This document shows positions 8,801 to 17,811 of a stretch of DNA of 35,553 nt, piece by piece (the first letter of the stretch is position 1; the number at the start of each line of letters is the position of its first letter). Under the pieces are notes generated by a model that was not told the origin of the DNA, did not search any database, and was given only the letters and a program-made list of their open reading frames with translations. The position numbers and the translations under genes were made by a program. Origin of the DNA: Minisyncoccia bacterium (GTDB lineage: Bacteria > Patescibacteriota > Minisyncoccia > Phycocordibacterales > CALRBL01); contig JBBRPW010000002.1 of the NCBI GenBank assembly GCA_038227435.1, positions 1 to 35,553 on the forward strand, given 5' to 3'.

Positions 8801-9697
8801 ATGCAAAAGCGTCAACATACAATACCCAAATGTTATCTCGAAAACTTTATTGATAAAAAAGGTTTTTTGTGGGTATTAGATACTAAAAATAATATATTTA
8901 AAATCAAACCAGAGAATATATTAGTTGAGAATCATTTTTATACTATCAAGCTAAAGAACGGTGATAAAAATCTTATAGTGGAGGATACTCTATCAAAGAT
9001 TGAGGGAGCTTATGCAATAATATTCAAGGAAAAAATATCTCAAGATCAGTTTTTAACTGATCAAGAGCGTGCAAAAGTCTCAGTTTTTTATGCCGCTCTT
9101 TTACTAAGGACAAGACCCTATCGGGAAAGCATGAGAAATGCCCTAACTAAACTCAAGACTAATATGGAGGAGTGGAAAAAACAATTTGAGATGATTCCTG
9201 AATCTCAAAAAATAACCTCAACAATTTCTAGTTCTGGAAATACTATTAATATGGAGGAACTTGATTCATACCTCGATAATTTCGACCAAGAACATTCGGC
9301 AAATGTTCTTTTACATCTTCCTGACGTAGCCCAAATTATTTTTAATATGAAATGGTCTATATTAAAGAGCTTGGGAGACGACTTTGTTACTTCAGATGAT
9401 CCATTGGTACTTTTAAGACCAGAGGCACTCAAAAAATATGGATCTAAAGCTATAGGTAGTCAGCCAGGGTTAAGGTACGAAGACGTAGAAGTAACATTAT
9501 CGCTATCAAAGAACCGCTTTTTATTAGCGGGCTGGATTCTTGAAGAGGATTCTTATCTGGAAGTAGATAATGATATGGTCCGGCAGATGAATCACCGGAC
9601 CGTAATCCGATCATCCGAAAGAATAATAACTTCCTCAGAAACTCAAGCTAAAGTCATAAGAGATAGGTATACTGAAACTGTATATGAAAAAAATTAA
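8801..9697 (+). CDS. DUF4238-domain protein
   Basis: N-terminal KRQHTIPKCYLENF, ENHFYT, VEDTLSKIE, and FVTSDDP motifs characteristic of DUF4238. Confidence 0.82.
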   Translation: MQKRQHTIPKCYLENFIDKKGFLWVLDTKNNIFKIKPENILVENHFYTIKLKNGDKNLIVEDTLSKIEGAYAIIFKEKISQDQFLTDQERAKVSVFYAALLLRTRPYRESMRNALTKLKTNMEEWKKQFEMIPESQKITSTISSSGNTINMEELDSYLDNFDQEHSANVLLHLPDVAQIIFNMKWSILKSLGDDFVTSDDPLVLLRPEALKKYGSKAIGSQPGLRYEDVEVTLSLSKNRFLLAGWILEEDSYLEVDNDMVRQMNHRTVIRSSERIITSSETQAKVIRDRYTETVYEKN

Positions 9698-10199
9698 TCT
9701 CGAAGAACTGAATAATGAAGACCTATGGCTCGGATATGCCGATATTCAACAAGAACTTAAAAAGAGAGGTCTGGTTAGAACAAACAACATAGTTGGTGAA
9801 CGTGGTGAGTTTTTAGCTATTGAAACTTATAACTCAATAAGCGGATTACCAAACCTACAAGCTGCTCCAGAAGGAACTCAAAATGTAGATGCTCTAAGTA
9901 GAAAAGGAGAAAGATATAGTATTAAGACTATAAGTGAACCTGGGAGTACAACAGGTGTGTTTTATGGTATTGGAGAAAAAGATGATGGGAATATTCCTGA
10001 AAAGAAATTCGAGTACGTGATTATTGTTCAACTGTATAAAAATTACAGACCTAAGAGAATATTAGAGGTAACATGGGAACAGTTTTTAAAACATAAGAAA
10101 TGGCATAGTACTATGAGAGCTTGGAACCTCAGTGTTACCAAAGCAGTGCTTTCAGATGTAAAGATTATTATGAATTCGGAGTCGATCAGAGAAGAATAA
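9684..10199 (+). CDS. Putative PD-(D/E)XK nuclease-fold protein (DUF6998-like)
   Basis: VGERGEFLA helix, then VDA...YSIKT (E...D...SxK catalytic layout). Overlaps the upstream gene by 14 nt. Confidence 0.6.
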   Translation: MKKINLEELNNEDLWLGYADIQQELKKRGLVRTNNIVGERGEFLAIETYNSISGLPNLQAAPEGTQNVDALSRKGERYSIKTISEPGSTTGVFYGIGEKDDGNIPEKKFEYVIIVQLYKNYRPKRILEVTWEQFLKHKKWHSTMRAWNLSVTKAVLSDVKIIMNSESIREE

Positions 10200-10202
10200 A
10201 GA

Positions 10203-10232
10203 TTGACAAGTAAACGTACGTTCACCTATACT
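10203..10232 (+). promoter_or_regulatory. lexA operon promoter containing a palindromic operator
   Basis: TTGACA (10203-10208), 18-nt spacer, TATACT (10227-10232). The spacer contains near-palindrome GTAAACGTACGTTCAC (10210-10225). Confidence 0.8.
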
Positions 10233-10238
10233 ATAGAT

Positions 10239-10823
10239 ATGAAAAAGGGAGATCAATATGGAGAGTATAAAAATAACATAGGTCGCTTCTACAGTCGTAA
10301 CCGACGTGTACCTACGTACAGTGAAATTATGGACCTTTGTGGCTTTGCATCTAAAAATGCTGCATCTAAATTGGTGCACAAATTAATTGATGATGGATTC
10401 CTCGATAAAGATGTAACTGGAAAAATTATTCCATCTCAAATTGATTCTCCAATAAAAGTGCTCGGTGTTGTTGAAGCTGGATTCGGCGCTCCTGCTGAAG
10501 AAGAAGTGTTGGATACGTTATCGCTCGACGAATATTTAATTGATAATCGGGAAGCTACGTACATGCTCGAAGTAAAAGGAGATTCAATGATTGATGCGGG
10601 AATTATTGAAGGCGACATGGTCTTGGTTGAGCGAACACAAGATTATCATTTAGGTGATATTGTCATTGCAGAAATTGATGGACGATTTACCATGAAATAT
10701 ATTCGAAAAACAGGAAGTGTAATCTGGCTCGAACCCGCCAACAAAGCCTACAAGCCTTTGTATCCAACTGAAGATTTAAAAGTAGTGGCAGTGGTGAAAG
10801 CGGTCATCCGTAAGTATTCATAA
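10239..10823 (+). CDS. lexA: LexA/UmuD-family S24 self-cleaving repressor (wHTH + peptidase)
   Basis: wHTH PTYSEIMDLCGFAS, Ala80-Gly81 site (VLGVVEAGF), Ser116 (GDSM), Lys153 (TMK). Start reassigned to ATG 10239 because TTG 10203 is the -35 box. Confidence 0.88.
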   Translation: MKKGDQYGEYKNNIGRFYSRNRRVPTYSEIMDLCGFASKNAASKLVHKLIDDGFLDKDVTGKIIPSQIDSPIKVLGVVEAGFGAPAEEEVLDTLSLDEYLIDNREATYMLEVKGDSMIDAGIIEGDMVLVERTQDYHLGDIVIAEIDGRFTMKYIRKTGSVIWLEPANKAYKPLYPTEDLKVVAVVKAVIRKYS

Positions 10824-10830
10824 AATAATA

Positions 10831-12153
10831 ATGGAATTAAAATCCAACCAACAACTGTTGAATGAACAGACGCCTTTAGCTGTGCATTCATATCGAAAAT
10901 GTATTCTCCATGTTGATGGCGATTCTTTTTTTGCATCATGCGAGATTGCTCACAATCCTCAGCTACGAGGGAAGCCTGTGGTGACCGGATGGGAAAGAGG
11001 AATTGCTACCTCACTTACCTACGAAGCAAAAAAATTAGGAGTAGTTAGAGGAATGAAAGTATCAGACATCAAAAAGTTTTTTCCTCAAGTAATTGTCATG
11101 GCCTCTCACTACGAACTTTACTCTCTGTATTCACTTCGAATGTACAGCATTGTTCGTCGGTACACTCCTGATATTGAAGAATTTAGTGTCGATGAATGCT
11201 ATGCAGATTTAACTGGACTTCGTATTGTCCACCACTCTACATACGAAGAAATTGCTTTAAAAATTAAACACGATTTAGAAACCGAACTCGGTATGACATT
11301 TTCAATGGGAATTGGTCCTAATAAAACAATTGCAAAATTAGCCTCGAAATATAAAAAACCATCGGGTTTTACTCCGGTTCCCGCAAAGCGCGTCCATATC
11401 TTTTTAGATGGCATGCCTGTTGAAAAAATTTGTGGAGTAGGTCCAAGCACCACTGCTCAATTTAATAAGTTGGGAATTAAAACAGCTCTTGATTTAGCTA
11501 AAAAAAATATGGCGTGGGTCGATGACAATTTAAGTAAACCCTTTAGAGAAATTTGGGCGGAACTCCACGGTGAATTTATTTTTAAATTAAAAACAGGAAG
11601 TGTGCCCGACTACCAATCGATTATGAAGGCTCATACCTTTATTCCAACTCAAGACAAGGAAGTTGTATTTAGTGAAATATCCCGCCATATTGAATCGTTA
11701 TGTATTCGATTAAGGAAATATAAGTTAGGAACGAGTGTTGTTTGCTTATCAATTAAAACTCAGTCGTTTAGTTACAAAAATGTTGATTTATTATTGCCGC
11801 GTCCTACTGCAGTACCTGAAGAGATTTTGCCTCACTTAAGATTAAAGTTTGATTCCTTGTGGAAAAGTTCAATTCAAGGGAAACATATTATTCGAGCGTC
11901 GAGTATTACCCTGGGACATTTGGTAGACATTACAGCCAGACACGAAGATTTGTTTGGAGCATCAAGTAAAGCGGAAAAATTGTATGACGTGTATTCTGCA
12001 ATTGACTCTTTAGCGGGAAAGTTTGGAAGAGGAACAGTGTTTTTAGGATCGAGCTTTAATGCATCTGAGGCCGCAGTAAAAGATTCAAAAAAGATGGGAA
12101 CGTATCACAAGAAAAGGAATTTAGATATTCCGATATTGGGGTGGGTGAGTTAA
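10831..12153 (+). CDS. Y-family translesion DNA polymerase (DinB/UmuC-like)
   Basis: LHVDGDSFFASCE, YEAKKLGV, SVDECYAD, AKLASKYKKPSG, GVGPST; clamp-binding-like HEDLF; IDSLAGKFG. Confidence 0.93.
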   Translation: MELKSNQQLLNEQTPLAVHSYRKCILHVDGDSFFASCEIAHNPQLRGKPVVTGWERGIATSLTYEAKKLGVVRGMKVSDIKKFFPQVIVMASHYELYSLYSLRMYSIVRRYTPDIEEFSVDECYADLTGLRIVHHSTYEEIALKIKHDLETELGMTFSMGIGPNKTIAKLASKYKKPSGFTPVPAKRVHIFLDGMPVEKICGVGPSTTAQFNKLGIKTALDLAKKNMAWVDDNLSKPFREIWAELHGEFIFKLKTGSVPDYQSIMKAHTFIPTQDKEVVFSEISRHIESLCIRLRKYKLGTSVVCLSIKTQSFSYKNVDLLLPRPTAVPEEILPHLRLKFDSLWKSSIQGKHIIRASSITLGHLVDITARHEDLFGASSKAEKLYDVYSAIDSLAGKFGRGTVFLGSSFNASEAAVKDSKKMGTYHKKRNLDIPILGWVS

Positions 12154-13550
12154 TTGCTAAGATTTTTTTTATTTAAAGTTAAAATAAAAGTAACTCCCGT
12201 GTCTTTGATTGAGTTTGTGAAATTAATAGTTCCATTGAATCGATTTTCAATAATCGATTTAGCACCATACAAACCAATACCTAAACCCCCGGTATTTTTC
12301 TTTGTAGTAAAAAACGGATCAAAAATCTTTTCACAAATAGTTAGAGGTATCTTCGGGCCATTATTAAATATTTCTATAAAAACCTCGGTATCATTTTCAT
12401 ATGTCTTAACACGAATAGTTTTATTCTTTGAAATATCATGCAAGGCATCAATACTGTTGCATATGATATTTTTAATGATTTGGTAAAAACAAAGTTCATT
12501 TCCAAAAATGGTCGAATTACTTTTTTCAGTAAACATAATTTCAATATTTAAATTATCAGTTCTGTATTTTTCAAATCTAATCAATTGTTCAATAGAATGG
12601 TCTATATTTAAGTCTATTTTTTCCTCTTCTTGTTTTACACTATTACTAAAGGCACTAAAGAAACTAGTAATCCTTTGTAGTGCAATTCCTACTTCAGATA
12701 AATGATTTTTAATACTAGGTACATTACTTTCCTCGATTTTTTCAACATAAAATTTAAGAGAAGTAAAAGGACTTGCTATATCGTGTAATATTTGAGAAGC
12801 TTTTTTACCGTATGAAATAATTTGCTCATCCCTTCTCAATCTTTCTTGTTCGGAAACCTTAAGCTCTAAAGTTCTTCTTTCTACAATAAATTCTAGATTA
12901 TCCCGCTCTTCCTTTATATTGTCTTCTGAAATGATCAACTTTTTAAGTATCTTGTCTTTCTCTTTGTTAACTAACCAGGAGAGACTCATAACGCCACAAA
13001 AGATAATACTGTAGGTGATAGTGTCTATTATTTCAGGATTTTCTAATCTCCAGTTATTATCTATAGGACCAGCTTTAATTTGATAGTAACCAAGTGTAAT
13101 GATAAAAAGAGTTAGAAAAGCTGTCATTAATAAACCTGATCTTGTTCCCAAGAGAACACTAGTGATTATAATCACCAGAACATATGAAAGGGTAACTGTG
13201 GGGACATCGAACCCCCAATAAATAGCGGTTGTTAAGCTACCAATTAAATATGTCCCTATTAATAACATAGAAGATAAAACAACCAACTTCTTCTTGGTTA
13301 GATAAATACAAAAAAGAAATAACAGTAGGAGAGTTGAAAAAATTTGTATCGTCACTCCATGGTAGGCATAACCAGCAACTATTTTTTTATAAATTACTAG
13401 AAAAAATAATCCTCCGACTATATAGGTTGATATCTTTAGAACAATCAACATCACATGCTCTTTGGAATCTAGAACCTCGGTAGTATAAGTAGGGAAACGA
13501 AAACACTTATTCCAAACATTCCTCACGAGTGTTGCAACAAGCGTTTTCAT
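12150..13550 (-). CDS. Membrane sensor histidine kinase
   Basis: About 6 TM segments, H-box ILHDIASP, N-box NIICNSIDA, NNGPKI, IFDPFFTTK, GLGIGL. Confidence 0.92.
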   Translation of the reverse strand: MKTLVATLVRNVWNKCFRFPTYTTEVLDSKEHVMLIVLKISTYIVGGLFFLVIYKKIVAGYAYHGVTIQIFSTLLLLFLFCIYLTKKKLVVLSSMLLIGTYLIGSLTTAIYWGFDVPTVTLSYVLVIIITSVLLGTRSGLLMTAFLTLFIITLGYYQIKAGPIDNNWRLENPEIIDTITYSIIFCGVMSLSWLVNKEKDKILKKLIISEDNIKEERDNLEFIVERRTLELKVSEQERLRRDEQIISYGKKASQILHDIASPFTSLKFYVEKIEESNVPSIKNHLSEVGIALQRITSFFSAFSNSVKQEEEKIDLNIDHSIEQLIRFEKYRTDNLNIEIMFTEKSNSTIFGNELCFYQIIKNIICNSIDALHDISKNKTIRVKTYENDTEVFIEIFNNGPKIPLTICEKIFDPFFTTKKNTGGLGIGLYGAKSIIENRFNGTINFTNSIKDTGVTFILTLNKKNLSN

Positions 13551-13706
13551 TTGATGTTAGATTTTGTTTAAATTTAACTTTCTAAGTTTTTCGTCCATAA
13601 TTTTTATTTCGCACACCCACTAATAATTGTACTCCGACCGAGTACTTTCTAATATTACTTTTTATTACATTAAATTTATTAAAAAAATAGGTAGAGTTTT
13701 GATAAA

Positions 13707-14369
13707 TTAATTTTCAATCATATATCCATGACCTTGAACAGTTTTAATTACTTTTTGTTTTGAATCTCTGATTTTAAGTCTTAAGTTTCTAATATGGGTC
13801 TCTACTGTGTTTGAAAATGGATCAAGTGTCGAGTTCCAAACTTTTTCCATAATTTGAGTCCTCGTAACTAAACTCCCTTTTTGTCTTCCCAAACACTCAA
13901 AAATTCCGAACTCTTTTCGTGTTAGTCTAATTACTTTTTCTCCTTTCATAACTTTATGCTTCGTAACGTCTATAGTGTAATCTTCAACATGTAATATGTT
14001 CGGTGTTATTTCATAAGGTCTGCGAAGTATTGCTTTAATGCGTGCAAAAAGTTCCGAAAAAGTAAAAGGTTTTACAATGTAGTCGTCAGTTAATTCTAAC
14101 AGATCAACCTTATGATCAACCTCAGATCTTATCGACATTAATATTATTTTGGTATTTTTCTTACTATTTCGAATATCCTCTGCCACCTGCTTACCGGTTT
14201 TTGTAGGTAGACCACTATCAAGTAATATTAGGTCATAATCTTGAGTTCGAGCAGCATATGATCCTTTGGCTCCATCATCAGTATCATCGACATTGTACCC
14301 TTCACTTCCCAAGGCAACTCGCAACATGTTTCTAAGTGAACTATCGTCTTCAATTATTAAAATTCTCAT
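13707..14369 (-). CDS. OmpR/PhoB-family response regulator
   Basis: ILIIEDD, LILLD, DDYIVKPF, LTRKEF, NTVETHIRNLRLK, TVQGHGY. Confidence 0.95.
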   Translation of the reverse strand: MRILIIEDDSSLRNMLRVALGSEGYNVDDTDDGAKGSYAARTQDYDLILLDSGLPTKTGKQVAEDIRNSKKNTKIILMSIRSEVDHKVDLLELTDDYIVKPFTFSELFARIKAILRRPYEITPNILHVEDYTIDVTKHKVMKGEKVIRLTRKEFGIFECLGRQKGSLVTRTQIMEKVWNSTLDPFSNTVETHIRNLRLKIRDSKQKVIKTVQGHGYMIEN

Positions 14370-14836
14370 CTTAGTATAAGTTAATTTTTAATTCCTCTTA
14401 TATTTTAAAGGACACCCCATCAAACAACAATCATAATCTTTAACAAATCTTTATCTGTGTTGAGGAGAGGGAAATATTTATTGGAAAAGGCAAGTTTTCA
14501 CTCTAAAAATTCGTAAACAAATTTTTTGGAGGGGACTAAAAAGCTATACACATCCTTACCAATTTTGAGGGCTATTGCATCCATTTCATTTTTATTTCCT
14601 CATACTAAATTTGGTCGCTTTTTCTTTTTTACTTTGGTGGTCAATGCTAAAATTCGTAAGATTATTTTTTAATATATTGTCGTCGAAGTCTCACTCTTGA
14701 ATTGCTCTAAATCTGGGAGTTCCAGGTACATTTAAGGGAGGCACTATAGTAAAAAAGATCAATTCATCATTATTAACAGCGAATTAGTACAAATAGACAT
14801 AGTACAAATTAGTTATTTCATCAAAATATAGAGCAT

Positions 14837-17686
14837 ATGAACATAAACATCACCAAGGCAGACGGGTCTAAAATGCCCTTTAATGCCGATCTGATCAACC
14901 GATCAATCGAGAGAGCTTGTTTCGGCTTACCCGACCCTATTTCAATGGTTACTCAAATTGCCACTGAAACCTCTCTTACCTTGTATGATGGAATAACTAC
15001 TGATGAAATTGATCAAGCTACCATTGGCGCTGCCATTCAAAACGTTCGTGAAGACATTAAATACGATAAGGTAGCTACACGAATTCTGCTTAAAACCATA
15101 TACCGCTCGGTAGTGGGTGATTACGACAAAGACAGCCGACAAGATTTAAAGGAAAAGCATAAATTGTCCTTTATAAATTTTGTAAAGGACAATGTGTCCC
15201 TTAAGCGCCTCGATACTCGGATGGAAGAAAAGTTTAATTTGGAAGAATTAGCAAATGCCCTCGACATTGAACGAGATGAATTATTTCAATATGCCGGCCT
15301 CTCAGGTTTCCTAAACAGGTATTCATTAAAGGATCCACATACTCAATCTACAAAAGAAACTCCTCAGTATTTTTTCATGCGCGTAGCCATGGGACTTTCA
15401 TACAACGAAGAAAACCCAACACGGCAAGCCAAACTGTTCTACGACAAAATGAGTAGGTTTGAATATATTGCGGGAGGTTCAACTAACTTAGGCGCCGGAA
15501 CTCCAAAGCCACCACTTTCAAATTGTTTCCTTCTTGAAATTCACGATGACATGGGGCACATTGCAAAATCTGTTTCAGATGTTCTCATGCTTTCAAAAGC
15601 ATCAGGTGGAATTGGTGCATCAATTACAAAACTTCGAGCGGCAGGATCGCCTTTAATGAGTAATAACGGAGTGTCTACTGGGCCTACACCATTTGCAAAA
15701 ATTATTGACACTGCAATTCGAGCCGTACAACGAGGAGGAAAGAAAAAAGGAGCACTGTGTTTTTACATGGAAAACTGGCACGTTGATTTTCCTGAATATA
15801 TTGATTGGCGTCATAATGCGGGCGACGACTACATGCGAATGCGAACAGCAAACACAGCGTGCTTCCTTTCAGATGAATTCATGAACCGCGTACAGAATAA
15901 ACAAATGTGGTACATGTTTGATCCAAAAGAAACTCCTGATTTAAATGAATTATACGGACAAGCTTTTAGTACACGGTACGCTGAATATATTGAAATGTCA
16001 GAAGCGGGAAAACTGCGAACATTTAAAAAAGTTCCCGCTGAAGAACAATACCGAGCTATTTTAAGTTCTCTTCAATCAACATCGCATCCATGGCTTGTAT
16101 GGAAAGACAGTATTAACGTTCGAGCAATCAACAATAATACGGGAACAATTCACATGTCGAACTTGTGTACAGAAATTTGTTTGCCACAAGACATTAACAA
16201 CATTGCAGTATGTAACTTAGGGTCTATTAATGTTTCAGCACACATTCTTAAAAAAGAAGTGAATTGGTCACGACTTGAAGAATCAGTTCGATTAGCGGTA
16301 AGGCAACTCGATAACTTAATTGATATCAACACCCTTCCTGTAATTGAGGCACAACGATCAGATCAAGAAAACCGTGCGGTAGGACTTGGAATTATGGGAT
16401 TGGCCGACACTTTTGAACAATTAGGAATTGCATATGACACCGAGCATGCCTACGACTTTACCGACCGTCTCTGTGAATTTATTAGCTACATGGCCATCGA
16501 TGAAAGTGCAAACTTGGCTCAAATACGAGGATCATATAAAAACTTTGAAGGGTCACGATGGTCAAAAGGAATGGTTCCGGTAGACACAATTGCAGAACTT
16601 GAAAAGGAGCGAGGAATGCCTGTAACCGTAGATAAATCAAGTAAACATAAAGGACTAAACTGGGATTTGCTCCGAGCTAAAGTGAAAAAGGGAATGCGAA
16701 ATGCAACTCTTATGGCGATTGCACCGAATGCAAACATCGGTTTGCTCGTTGGAACAACTCCTGGAATTGATCCACGATTCGCTCAAGTATTTTCACGAAG
16801 TAAATTCTCTGGAAAATATTTAGACGTAAATCATAACTTAGTAAAAGATTTAAAAAATATGGGATTGTGGGAAAAAGTTAAAGAATTAATTATTGAAAAA
16901 CAAGGAGACATTTCAGACATTGCTGGAATTCCTGAACACCTTAAAGCAATTTATAAAACATCGTTTAATACATCTCCATACGGATTCATCGAAGTAGCGG
17001 CACGTGCACAAAAGTGGATTGATCAAGCCATCTCACGAAATATGTATTTAGATACACGTGACATGGACGATATCATGAAGATTTATTTATCTGCATGGCA
17101 AAAAGGATTGAAGTCTACGTATTACTTGCACATGAAGCCACGTCACACCGCAGAGCAGAGTACAACAAGTGTAAACAAAGCCGAGCAATTTGGTAAAAAG
17201 GGAATTGGAGCATTTGCATCAACAAGAACAACAATGCCTCCGGCCGAAGTTTCAGTGCCCTCATCAATTCAACAACAAGATTTACCACAGCCGGTAATGG
17301 TGCCAGTACAGAAACCTCTAGAAGAGCAAGCGTACGATCAGCCTAAAAGTGTTGGAAAAGGTGCAGGATTTGGAGCCGTAATGACAGCTCCACAATCAAG
17401 CGTTGTTGAACCAAGTATGCCGGTTACAAATGCAAGTGTTGTGGCAGGTGCTGGGCCATTTGCTCAGGTACAAGGGGCAACAACTGAAACATTATTTACT
17501 CAGCCCGAACCCATTGCCCCTGTAATGCAATCAGTGGCGAATGCTGGCTCAGCTCAACCAATTCAATCTGTTCCAGTTGCAGTAGCTCAATCACAAACAA
17601 ATTCAGGCGCAGTAAATAAACCGAAATACAATTTACTTCCGCAAACCGATCCTGCCCTCGAAAACCAGTGCGATAGTTGTCAATAA
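14837..17686 (+). CDS. nrdA: Class I ribonucleotide reductase alpha subunit with N-terminal ATP-cone
   Basis: ITKADG cone, SNCFL, SNLCTEI, AVCNLGS, AIAPNANI, GLKSTYY, C-terminal CDSCQ. Confidence 0.96.
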   Translation: MNINITKADGSKMPFNADLINRSIERACFGLPDPISMVTQIATETSLTLYDGITTDEIDQATIGAAIQNVREDIKYDKVATRILLKTIYRSVVGDYDKDSRQDLKEKHKLSFINFVKDNVSLKRLDTRMEEKFNLEELANALDIERDELFQYAGLSGFLNRYSLKDPHTQSTKETPQYFFMRVAMGLSYNEENPTRQAKLFYDKMSRFEYIAGGSTNLGAGTPKPPLSNCFLLEIHDDMGHIAKSVSDVLMLSKASGGIGASITKLRAAGSPLMSNNGVSTGPTPFAKIIDTAIRAVQRGGKKKGALCFYMENWHVDFPEYIDWRHNAGDDYMRMRTANTACFLSDEFMNRVQNKQMWYMFDPKETPDLNELYGQAFSTRYAEYIEMSEAGKLRTFKKVPAEEQYRAILSSLQSTSHPWLVWKDSINVRAINNNTGTIHMSNLCTEICLPQDINNIAVCNLGSINVSAHILKKEVNWSRLEESVRLAVRQLDNLIDINTLPVIEAQRSDQENRAVGLGIMGLADTFEQLGIAYDTEHAYDFTDRLCEFISYMAIDESANLAQIRGSYKNFEGSRWSKGMVPVDTIAELEKERGMPVTVDKSSKHKGLNWDLLRAKVKKGMRNATLMAIAPNANIGLLVGTTPGIDPRFAQVFSRSKFSGKYLDVNHNLVKDLKNMGLWEKVKELIIEKQGDISDIAGIPEHLKAIYKTSFNTSPYGFIEVAARAQKWIDQAISRNMYLDTRDMDDIMKIYLSAWQKGLKSTYYLHMKPRHTAEQSTTSVNKAEQFGKKGIGAFASTRTTMPPAEVSVPSSIQQQDLPQPVMVPVQKPLEEQAYDQPKSVGKGAGFGAVMTAPQSSVVEPSMPVTNASVVAGAGPFAQVQGATTETLFTQPEPIAPVMQSVANAGSAQPIQSVPVAVAQSQTNSGAVNKPKYNLLPQTDPALENQCDSCQ

Positions 17687-17811
17687 AGAAAGACAATTCT
17701 GTCCTTTATAAAAGCTTTATTTTTAAAGCTAATTAAAGGGGATAAATAAAAAAACTTTATTTATTTTAGGTGTATAGTATTGATACTAATTATTAATTAA
17801 CTTTTACATAT

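Noticed and set aside
10203-10238. TTG start for lexA given in the ORF track (likewise 31709 and 29310 for their genes)
   Set aside because: These segments contain the promoter elements; downstream ATGs sit 6-7 nt after -10 boxes.
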